The translations under genes and the position numbers were made by a program. From the NCBI GenBank assembly GCA_037379345.1, contig CM074520.1:6696001-6760000 (forward strand): 64,000 nucleotides of DNA, given 5' to 3'. Source of the DNA: Perna viridis (taxonomy: Eukaryota). This document shows, in pieces, positions 27,054 through 38,113 of the stretch; position 1 is the stretch's first letter; each line of letters begins with the position of its first letter. Below the pieces are notes generated by a model, which worked only from the letters and a program-made list of their open reading frames with translations, searched no databases and was not told the origin of the DNA.

Positions 27054-27587
27054 TTTTTAGCTCATCTTGTCCGAAGGGTCATGTGAGCTATTGCAACCAC
27101 TTGGCGTCCGTCGTCGTCGTCGGTAATAATTTTTCAAAACTTTACTTCTCTGACTGTATCTGACCAATTTAGAACCAAATTTGTCATGAATGTTCCTCTG
27201 GGTGTTCTGCATAGAACTGAACTGGGGACTCTTGATCCGTCGAAAAACATGACTGTCGTTACTAAAATATAACAGGAGTCATAAAGAAGTTTTTCGTATA
27301 TATCTCCAAAACCGTTAGGTTTTTTAAAAAAATTCTGATTTTGTGTAAAAGTGTTCAGCATGATGAAATCTACTTATAGTTAAATTTTCGTGTAATTCTG
27401 TCCAGCCATGTTTGATTAATTGCCCTTTTCGGACGTTTTTTTTTTCGCTATTTTCAATGTTATTACTCAAAAAAATATTCTTCTGGGAAACTATTGGACA
27501 GAATGTAATGAAGATTTATAAGTTTGGTTTTTATGTGGGAGCGTAAGGAATTTATATCAATTAAGCGAAAAAACATGACCGCTTTTA

Positions 27588-27647
<60 letters not shown>

Positions 27648-27697
27648 AACGTTGCTTATCAAGCTAGGTGAGCGATTCATGCTCTATAGAGCCTCTT
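27054..27697 (+). mobile_element. Helentron-type non-autonomous element (pearl/CvA/MgE-like architecture)
   Basis: 5' end ttttagctcatcttgtccgaagggtcatgtgagcta (hairpin), then a (gtc)n microsatellite and core. 3' sub-terminal inverted motif aggtgagc and palindrome gctctatagagc. Flanks are T-rich, and there is an internal ~55-nt A tract. Confidence 0.8.
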
Positions 27698-28485
27698 TAT
27701 CCCTAATTCCATTGCTTAATCTGAGAAGAACATCACATTTTACTTGACATTATAGTAAAGTATTATAATCCTGGTGTGCAGCTATGATTTCGTAACCATA
27801 TGCGACAAGAATACAAGTTAGCAAAGTTTTTTGTTTACATGTATCAGGTGCTGCTTTAATTGTTGTGCTCACTTTAGACTCTGGATTTTTTTTCATAAGT
27901 ATTCGTGTTTTTTATTTGATTGGCGACATTCAAAGTAATGGATATATAACTTGTTTTGTTCGCTGATTTGTTCACACTCCACCCATGTCCCTGATTTGCC
28001 ATACAGTATATCTACTGCTTTACAAAAGGAATAGGAACTTACTTCCAACCGGATCAATTTCACGAGGGGTGATATAATCGCTCAGCAGACGACAATTGAG
28101 ACTGGAAATAAGGTCAGCTATTACACCCATGGTTTGTTTACCGAACTTAGTCAATGGTTTGCTAAAGTGATAAAGCATTTTCTTTTGAAAATGTAAAGTG
28201 TGGTGAAAAATAATAGAAGGAGGGAATTTTGTAAGAGATTCTAATCTAAATGATATTTTCTTTAGTAAGCCAACCACAAAATTCCTCTACGGATAAAAAA
28301 AAACTATATATATACTTCTGTTTACTTTTAATAAACTTTCATTAAGTTGTTAAATTTAGTGTCGTTTTTTTGTTGAAGTCCGAGTTAAATGACTCCGTTT
28401 AATGAGCATTTCATTAGGTAATCATAGTTTATAGTTGTTTCAGTAATTAATTGATTAAGTACTATACTACACATTGACGTACTCC

Positions 28486-28700
28486 CAAATGGTTAGAGTG
28501 GGAAAACGCTCTCGGACCCACGTGGGAGTGGGCCCAAGCGTCAACAGAGCAGCCCAGCCGCTTATAGGTAATACTCGGACTGAGTTCTTCGGTCAGGTAT
28601 ACCGGAGGCTGGGCTCCATTACCTCCAATTACTAACAGAATCCTACAAGAGGCGGTCGTACGAGATCCGTAAGGATGGTCAAGACCGTAAAAACCATCAA
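28486..28700. repeat. GC-rich, highly foldable dispersed element; its 3' ~65 bp recur at 47146-47213
   Basis: Both sites share attactaacagaatcc..gcggtcgt(a/g)cgagatccgtaaggat(g/a)gtcaagaccgtaaaaac. Several internal inverted repeats are present. Confidence 0.7.
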
Positions 28701-30112
28701 TCATTATCATATGTCAATACCTGGACTGCCTTACTTATAATTTCTTATTACCAAAGCGAATGTTCGATGATTATATGAATGGTACTGGTATGTTGATATG
28801 TTACTACTTATAGACCCGTTGCTGTCCCATAAAGGGATTCTATAATCTAAAAATCTTATATTGATTCTAAATAGCAGTCTTTGTCATGCACGTCAAAAAC
28901 TCACCAAATTTTCTATTATTTCTTCAAAAACACTGCAGACCACATAACCAGTCTTAGTTTATCGGTCATTCGGTTACTGCTCTTTTGAGATGAAAAAAAA
29001 ACATATATTGTGTAAAAAAATGGCAGTTTTATTTGGTTGATATTATTGGGAGATGGATATGTAGGTCAAGATATAGGAAGGACTATCGTTACGTAAAAAT
29101 GAACACATGTAAATTGGAAAAGTATCGTTTGTTCCGTGGGGTTTTCCACACCATGAATATCTCTGGATTTTATATGGACTGGTACTTAAGTACATGCATT
29201 ACGAATCTAACCACGTGTATATATAATTTCCTTTTTTACCCCCGTGCACTCATGCCAATTATAGCACTAAACTTTACAGTGCCCAAATTCCGCAAATCAG
29301 ATGTGTTTATTTTACCGGATTGAGGGCTAAAATATAGACTCTCAAAAATACATTCCATGTGTTGTGAGCATCATTGCAAGACAGGTTATAATACAGACAG
29401 ACAAATAGTTTCAATTATGCAGAGAAATGGAATTTAGACAGACCTGCATGTTTAAAGATAAAGCTGATGTGTCCAGCTATGTAACAGAAATAGAATAAAA
29501 TTAGGGATAGACATAAGTGTCAGTTTCTCTCGGCGGAGAAATATTGCATGCAAACAAACGGACATACTAAGTCGTGTTATTTCGGCAGATAGATGCATCT
29601 TTAACGTTACATATACACAGAAATATCCGCTATTTTACTTTTCGCATCAACCGCACATGCCAAAACCAGTTACCATTTTTTCCCTTCATATTTATCTTAA
29701 TTCAATGAGCAAAACTGACAAAAGAAAATACAAAACGAAATATTTTCTTCTTGGTAACAGAACTGTGAGAGAAGGCGGGAAGTCTGTCAATCCATCCAAC
29801 TACCACTCGATCAAGTTATCACAAGGAGATAAATAATGTAAACACATCGCCCCAGTTCCTGTGTTCACTAGATATAGCCGGGACAACTCGTCAGCTTATT
29901 CTACATTTATCATTATTCCACTGCTTTTTATTTCAACACTTAAGAAGTAGCAAGTTATGCTTTTGGAACAGTGGGCCAGGTTACGTTTTTGCCTGTTATC
30001 ATTATTATTATTTTTAAATATAGATTTGTCAGCTAGAGGTATCTGTATTGTAGTCCACAAACTTCGCATTGCATCTGAATAGGCTTGTTGGAATTTAAAA
30101 GAGGAATGATAG

Positions 30113-30358
30113 CAGGGGCGGATCCAGGATTTAAGATTAGGGGGCCCACATTTATTTCTCGCGGAACGGAGCGAGGCGAAAGGTTCATTTTTTGAAATAT
30201 GCTTCTAGAGTGGGTGCAGTGTAGATATCTTTTGTGGTAAAATTAGCGAAAAATTAAAGTTTCAACCTAAATCCGCCTAAATCTACCCCTGACAACCCAT
30301 GCTTTGCAAAGTTTAGGGGGGCGCACGCCCGCCACGCCCCCGCCTAAATCCGCACCTG
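30113..30358. mobile_element. MITE with CAGGGGCGGAT..ATCCGCACCTG termini and 5-bp TSD GATAG
   Basis: Imperfect terminal inverted repeats with GATAG at 30108-30112 and 30359-30363. Related degenerate ends occur near 18146, 26530-26660, 46830 and 47091. Confidence 0.75.
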
Positions 30359-33300
30359 GATAGGGAAGTACGAAACTTTTTTTTAAACTTTCCAATTTCA
30401 TGGCAAGTATCTAGATGTTTTGTACCACAATAAATCGTTGTATTATAGCTGGAGGGACAAAGATCCTATCCATGCTTTCAGTTTAGGTTTGTGTTTAAAG
30501 TTATTTTTTTTTAATTTGTGTATGCTGCTGTCGTCTTTGATTCGTCTCAGTCTCTTGGCGGTCGAATTCCACACTTAACTGTCCTCGATTTCATCTTTGT
30601 ACAAGTTACACATTTTCGCATGTCGTCCGGATTATGAAGGGTTTTGGTATATGATTATGTGTGCAGTAGAATATAGAAGGTAATATTAGGGTCTACTTTT
30701 TTATAACTGTAAAGGATTTCTAAAACACGAACCGTTCGTTGATTTTTTTAAAAGGGCTTCCAACTTTACCGGGCATCGATTCCTTTAATTTATAAACTGT
30801 TTATACTATTTGGGTCGTAGAACTGGTCCAGGTTTCCTGCCATTCATAAAGTCTAATTCAAGTTTAATCCCGTACTTAGTTAATTTATTCAACACCTTAA
30901 GTCCCCAGAAGTCACATGTGCAGCAACTAATCCTCTTATATACTAATAACCTAGTCATAATATCGAATAAGACCGAGGAACAGCTTCTCTGGACAGTAGC
31001 CAAGACATTTTGAACTCCTTGGTGGTCATAATGTAAGGGGCGATTTATAGAAGTACACTACATCATGACCGCAAGCTGGTTCCCCTTCTTCACAGATTAT
31101 CTGACCATACAAAGCTATGAATGTACTGCACGAACCTATAGTCCCATAGTCCCAACGTAATTTATATATGTCCGTGTACTAATTAAGCACAAGATGATAA
31201 AGGGTGGTTTGAGGTGTATCGTGTCCTTTTTGTATCCTTAATCTTATTTCATAAGTTTCACGTTTTGTAGTGTGACTGTGATGTCATCTACCTCTTTTAA
31301 TGATTTACTCGCTAAATTTTGATACTACAATTAAAAATATAGGGAATAACTGTTCTATTTTTTTTCTGTTTATTTGATTAACGCCCCGCTTACAATTAGA
31401 AAATTATATTTTCTAACATGAACTCTAATTTTTCACATATCCTACCCCACCCCTTGAAAAAATGCCCGCTTCTCTCAGCATTTAATTCTATTTAAATCTG
31501 CCTAACGCGAAATCCTGGTTCCGTTCTTGCAAATAGACTCCAAGGACCAAGGGTGATCAGCTAAAAAATTGTCTAACGTCGAATAAGAGAAAATACAAAT
31601 GTCTGTTGCCCTAATGATAAAGCTTGTTACATCACTTTTTTAATTCCTGAACTAACCTTAAAGCTTTTATTTCCAGAACGCCATTGAATTGGAAGTAGTA
31701 AAGAGTTTGTTTTGTACAGTGGAAACCTGATATAAAACAGATGCTTTCAATCAGCGTTTTTTTTTCATCTTCTGAGACTGGGGAGGAAGTGAAACCTGTT
31801 TTGCATTCAAATTAACCTGGCACACATAAACTCATATTGTAATGCAAAGAAAAGCAGTAATTTTAATGGTTTTTCTTGCCGCATTACAATGGCGACAAGA
31901 AGGCTGAAAATATTGCCGTGTTTAAGATGTCAATAAAATACTAAAATTGAACACAACACTGTCCTCATGCAGACTTTTTAAAATGAAATGTAAATCTACT
32001 TCCAAACAATTTTTCCATGCCAAAATGTCAATTGGCCTTTTTTTCTTTTTTAGGACAAGTACTGAACACATGTTTAAAGTGTGTGGGTGGGTGTCAAGAG
32101 GGGTATTATTTCATGGACATAACAAACGACGAGGGGTGAAATAAATGAAGCCGTTTTGGGATATTTGAAGACTACGGAAAACAATCAATATTACTCTAGA
32201 TTGGATGAAACATTAGGACAAGTAAAGATAATTTCTTGGTATCCAAGCTCTATTTCGTCTATGAAACCTCCTTTGTTACTCTTCCGGCTATTAATAATCA
32301 ACGTCGCATTGATGGACAACAATTTTCTGTATTGCTGATATTCATAAAAAAAAAAATCATCTTGGAACCATAAAATTAGAAAAGCTTTACGTCGTCGACG
32401 AAAAGGGAGTACAGTCACTTATACTTCTTACTTCTACCATTTAGCAAATATCCACCGTAAGTTCAACTAGGCCTTCAGAACGTATGTTCCGTGTGCACAA
32501 AATATTTTTTCCTTTCTTGTTTTAATTTAAAACACTGCCTTATTCGGATATGGCCTAGTTTTGTAAGACTGACACCTACGCAATTTACCAGGTGAGTTAT
32601 AAAATCGATGGTTGCAATCTATAAAACTTCGGAGTGGTTCAGGATGTAATTGTATCTTGTCTGTATTTATTGTTCAAAGAATTCTAACGAGGACAAGTTG
32701 CATTGATTTGTACTGTTTTTTTTTGTTTTGTTTTTGTTTTGTTTTTTTTTTAAATATTGCTGATTCGAAAGGAAATTGGGATTTCAAATTTGAACTTATA
32801 ACTATCTTCATTTCTAATTACACAAAGATTCGGGTATGCTCGCCAGTAAATCTGATTCTTTGTGGCATGAAATTGGTTTTCAGTCAAATTTTCGCTGTTG
32901 ATGCATAGACATCTTATACAACAATTACAATGTATCTTGGGTCGAAACACGTAGAATATGACAGAGGCTTGTGAGACGAGTTGAATCTCCTCGTGATTAA
33001 TACATGAACGGGTTTAGTTAAACGGACAACTCCTCGGTCAAACTTCCATCTTGATATGTGTCGAAGGGTGGAAGATAAAAACTGCATTAGAATTTTGTCC
33101 TTCGATTTTGTCGACAAGGCATGACATTACAGATACATGTACTTAACTAGATATCTTTTCGATGAGAAAACGACAGAGGTCGGACCTTACATCTTAAAAA
33201 ACTGAGTGAACACCTGCAGACTTGCTTTGTCATTGTTCGTCCAAATTAAAGGGCCATTCGTGCCAAAATTTACATGTAAACGAAACAATCCTTGCTTTCA

Positions 33301-34099
33301 TGTGATAATTAAGCACTAAAAACCTTGAATCACGGAAATACATGTAATTAAAGGAAACCCCATATGGTGCATGATAAGAAATTAAAATTACAGTCTTGCA
33401 TAATATGTTCTGCAAGGTACACTTGATAAGCATTTCATTGAGGCTTATTGTATTAATAGGTTAGCGCATGCAGGTGTCTATTCCATCCGCAGTGCAATGT
33501 GATGTTTAGGAGTAACGGTACAATGTATATTATATCCACATAAGACTGCGCATGTGTAAGAAATTGGAAGGAATTTGTGTATCCCAACTGATACATTGAA
33601 GTGCATTGCATGTATATTTTGAAGAATTCACATGTACCGTTTTATGATATTTAGATGAAAAGAAAAGGTCCAACCCCATGCAGACGAAATTTTGAGATGT
33701 GACCTTCGTACTGAGCGTAAATCCTAAGTATGTACTATGTTCCATAACATCTCACAGACCCACTCTGAAAAGTTATTTGACGGATCAGATTCCAACTTTT
33801 ACTCACATCTTCCTATTTTCCTGGCCACAACTCTTGTGGTTGTTAGCTTACCCAAGACGATTTAGCGATCGAGTGTTCTTTGTATGTAGTTAACGAGTTT
33901 ACGATGTATTTAACGATGTGTTTGTTGGGGTTTAACGTTTAGCAACCCCTCAGGCCAGTATGTACCACTTCCAAACCAAGAATCTTCAACAGAAGCAATC
34001 AGACTGTGTGTAGACTCACTGCTCATTTACCTAATAAGGGATAGATTTATCAAGCACAGGACATCCCCCTCAGGCCAGTAATAATAAGAAAATCTATAG

Positions 34100-37000
34100 A
34101 CTTTATATTCTCTTTTACATACAGCCACAATTTTCATCACATGATCTGACTGTACAACAAAGCAACACTAGTATTTACATTTCATGCTATAACAGTTTAA
34201 CAATTAATTTGATTCTAACAAGTTCTGTGGTTTTTCTGCAAGATACAGTGTAGCAGTCCTATTTATGCCAGTAATTAAAATAACAGGGCAGATCTGAGAC
34301 ATATGATAGAAATTATAGCACATTCAAAGATAGTGTTAAAGGGTTATTCTTCCCTAGATAAAGAGGCCAATCATCATTGTAGCAACTATTTAAGGTTTGT
34401 ATTTCACAATAAGAAATGTTTTCAAGATAAAGGCAATCTATAGAGGTATTAAACTTCATATAAAGCCCATGTGGCAGAAAGAATAAATGAAAATTACAAG
34501 CTACATGTACATCTTCAAATGTAGCAACCAGTATATGTAGTTTAAATTAGTAAGATTATACCTTTACAAGAGTACATGAACAAAATTCATCAGACTTGAG
34601 ATATTCACTTTATTTCATGAACATCTGAGTTTCTACCCCCAGTTAACCACAGTTTGACAATACAAAGCATTGCACTACATTGACTGCAATACAAATTTTA
34701 TTCATGTTGGTGGAGCATGATTTAAAAACATGAAATTATTTCTCATCTCAAATATAGCGTTCCTTGTCAGGTCACTCAGCAATGGTCAAATGGGACAGAT
34801 GTAAATGCACTGTATATTATATTGAGTAAAATATATTAGTTAATTGGAGTAATTCAAACTTTATCCAAGAAAAAGATGAAAATAATATATTAAAATACTG
34901 AAGTTTTAAGTATAAGAATACTTGGAAAACACCAAATCAAACAGTGGCGACAGTTAATTCATTTGTCAAGAACTAAAAAAAAAAGGAAATGGTTTCAACA
35001 TACATATACATGTATCATCAGAAAATGGCATGTACCTGAAGTGAAATATAAAAAAAAACACTACCAGTTTACGAAGTAAATGTAGTTGCTGAAAAAATCT
35101 TGCCTTTAACCATAATCAAGTGACAAGTTACTGTACACCTACAACATATCTAATACACACAAAACAGACATAACTAGTTGGTGCATTGAAAGCATTCATA
35201 AAGGGGCACAAATTGTACCCTTTATTATATCACTTTTCTTGTGATAATCATGATTTGACATTATGTACAAACTAACAGATATATTTACAAAAAAAATCTG
35301 ACACAGAATTAAATATACACCAATTGAATAATTAATCACATTTGAAACAAAAACAAAAAAGTTTACCATCATTAAAAAATAATTTATTCTGCAGATAAAT
35401 CATTAACAAAGATGGCAGTGATAAAACTAAAAACCACAAAATGAGTTAAAACAACCTGAACACAAGATTGGTCTCACAAAAATTAAAGCTAAATACAGAA
35501 TATGGACAGCATTGTGGATCATCTACATCTTTCTATCATGACAAATAATCCCAATCAACTCCTACCATCTTACAAAAAGAACTACATGCATGTGGTTTTG
35601 AATGTGATTCAAGGGCGGAAGGATGTAAATGTTACACAGAGCTGTCCATAGAAACTGTACATTTCATTCTACTAGAACAAAAACACTATACCACAGACAA
35701 TTGATCTCATGGGTCAGTCAGCTAGACAAAGAACAGAAAGAGTAGTTTTCAGATGTTGCTTGGTTTAGTATAAACAGGAGTCTTCTAGATAAAAAGCAGA
35801 TAAAAAATATACAATATTTTTTTAATTGTATTTTTTTAAACTGACAATAAACTGGAGTCTTACAACATTGTAAACGTATGGTTTTGTTTCTAGGATAAAA
35901 GCTGACTTCACATAACGTTTTTCAGTTTAAGACTTAAAACAACAATAGCTAATAATTTGCAAGTCATTCTGTCAAGTAGCTCACACAATTATTGGAGAAA
36001 ATCTTTGTTTACATGTATATCAACTGCAATGTGAGAGAAGATCACATGGTTGAAATAATGGTCTTATCTACCATTTATTTCATAACAATAAGCATATGAA
36101 AGTTACCTTACTTGATTAAATTTATTTCATAAACTATTTACTGCCATGACCAGAAGTCATAAAGGGAGATAACTTCTATGATTAGCCTTAGACTAACATG
36201 GCCATGATTGTGAAGCTTTTTGACTTATTTTATTCATTTCACCAACATCTCTTTCTGTACACACCAAGTTTGCAACGAAACAAAAGCTCTCAAAAAAGGG
36301 AAATTAAACTAACCATTCACGAAACAATATTTCCCTGAAATACTATGAGTACAGAAAGAGCAAATGATGAACTTGTAATTCATGTCATGGCAATTTATTT
36401 GTCTTTATGGATCTTGACATTCCAGTTCTAAAAAGAATCAAACTGTAACTACATCACTGTTATGAAAATTATGATCTAAAAATAATATACAAAAACTTTC
36501 ATATCCTTCCTGGATATCTATAAAAAAAAAAAAAAAAAAGATTAAAAAATCTAAAAATCATAACATTAACATCAATTACTGGTTGTCACAAACAGGATTC
36601 TTCCAACAATTAAAGATTTACTCATGAACAAACTCAAACATGTAAACATTGTAAAACGTTTTTTCCTTCTAACATTGAATTCTTATTGAAATATTAAATA
36701 TTAGTTATGAGGGAAAAAAAGAGTAAGAAAATAACAGTTACACTGAATACATAGCAAAGAGAGAAAAGTTTGTAATATGAATAAGGTCAAGAAAAATATG
36801 TGTGCTTTCACTTAATTAACTAAACACCTACATGTATCTTTTTGCTAGTAATTTTTGTATCATTATCCAATGCATATAGAAACAATAACATATACAGAAA
36901 TCTTGCCTTAAAGGATTGTTGAGCCATAATAATATAAATGAGAGATAAGGCTTGCCTTAGAATGAAAGAACTGAATTATTTTAAAAAATATTACTAGAAA

Positions 37001-37315
37001 TTACAGTAAATATTTAACTTTCTCAATGATAATAAAAGTTACATGATAATGAGATTCAATAAAGCTGAATAGATTAAAGGAATATTTCATTTTTTTAGGT
37101 GTGAACCGCACTATTGCATACAGACAGAAACTGATTCCAAATGGTCAAATGTGCATAGCTATAAACAAATCAGATTGACTTACAACAAGCAGTTAGACCA
37201 ATCAAGTTGACCCTTACAACATGCAGTTTGACCAATCAGGTTGATCCTTACAACAGACAGGTAGCACTTAAAAACAAAAATAAAAAAAACAATGGGACAA
37301 TATATCACAAATGCA
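34100..37315 (-). other. Probable long 3' UTR of sprouty (end uncertain)
   Basis: AT-rich, CpG-depleted block continuous with the stop codon. Minus-strand AATAAA at ~35383, ~35221, ~34697 and ~34609. CpG depletion ends near 34.0 kb. Confidence 0.45.
37178..37256. repeat. 34-bp tandem repeat (~2.3 copies) just downstream of the sprouty stop codon
   Basis: cttacaaca(a/t)gcagtt(a/t)gaccaatca(a/g)gttga(c/t)c is repeated. Confidence 0.8.
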
Positions 37316-38113
37316 TTATGCACTGGAGGAGTCTGATTCAATCAACAATAGTCGTCGTGACGACTGGGACCCGTTTTCTTTTTTTACTTGTTTTTTACTG
37401 TTACATGTACAGCCACGTTTCCGACACTTGTTGAAGCACATTGTACAACATTTAAGTCCACCCCTCATAGGCCAGTAACAGCAGAGACAAGGCAAACACA
37501 AAGCCATTAATGCCATACAAGTCCATCGTTTGAAACAGTTCGGCTGACTACAACAGGCACATGGATCCACCATGCAATCATAGTCTGCATCCTGTTCATC
37601 CTTCCCGCCACAATGGTAGAATAATGCCTGTACACAACAGAAGCAAGAACATGTCTCTACCACACACTGTCCACTTACGTGACATTCATCTCCACACAGC
37701 CACTTTGATGGTAAGTCCTGCGGTTCTGTACATGCACCACACCGACACTTGTGACACTTTTTACAGATAATTGATTCATCTTCCTCCTTAATAGGTTCCT
37801 TTTTCAATGGGGGAGAGATATTGTTTGATGTTGGTGCATTGATAATTGTTGTGTTTAATGGACGTAATGCACGAGTCCTATTGACCTGATTTTCCCGTAT
37901 TAAAATTGATACTGTGCTGTTGCCATTTCCGCCAGGTTGCCCTGAGCTTATAGTCTTTAAATTCCCTGTGGGTTTTTGGCGTGGTGGACTCTCTATGTAG
38001 TCATTTTGAACCCTTGGGTGAGGACGTATTTGATCTAATGTAATAAATCCTCCGCTACCCGCATCGGGAGGCGGTAATTGTTGGCGCAGCTGTCGATTAT
38101 TCGCCGATCTCAT
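37316..38113 (-). CDS. spry: Protein sprouty homolog (RTK/ERK feedback inhibitor), 265 aa, single coding exon
   Basis: N-terminal Cbl-TKB motif NDYIESP (NxYxxxP). Cys-rich SPR domain IICKKCHKCRCGAC..LPSKWLC..CVQALFYHC..DPCACC..RWTCMALMALCLPCLCCYWP..C..RGCTC. The first in-frame ATG is 38113 (in-frame TAA just upstream). Splice acceptor tttcag|A, exon starting at 38154. Confidence 0.96.
   Translation of the reverse strand: MRSANNRQLRQQLPPPDAGSGGFITLDQIRPHPRVQNDYIESPPRQKPTGNLKTISSGQPGGNGNSTVSILIRENQVNRTRALRPLNTTIINAPTSNNISPPLKKEPIKEEDESIICKKCHKCRCGACTEPQDLPSKWLCGDECHVSGQCVVETCSCFCCVQALFYHCGGKDEQDADYDCMVDPCACCSQPNCFKRWTCMALMALCLPCLCCYWPMRGGLKCCTMCFNKCRKRGCTCNSKKQVKKENGSQSSRRLLLIESDSSSA

Noticed and set aside
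28545-28625. HDV-ribozyme-like words (cccagcctcc .. cggctgggc) on the minus strand
   Set aside because: The words simply pair with each other as one stem; the nested double pseudoknot and catalytic C context could not be built.
29033-33900. Numerous 60-100 aa ORFs in the track (here and elsewhere)
   Set aside because: Low-complexity or random-looking translations without recognisable motifs or splice structure; consistent with chance ORFs or unidentifiable decayed sequence.
33918-34080. 15-bp direct repeat cccctcaggccagta (33946, 34066) as the TSD of a new element
   Set aside because: The first copy sits inside what looks like a SINE-tail remnant, so element boundaries cannot be defined.
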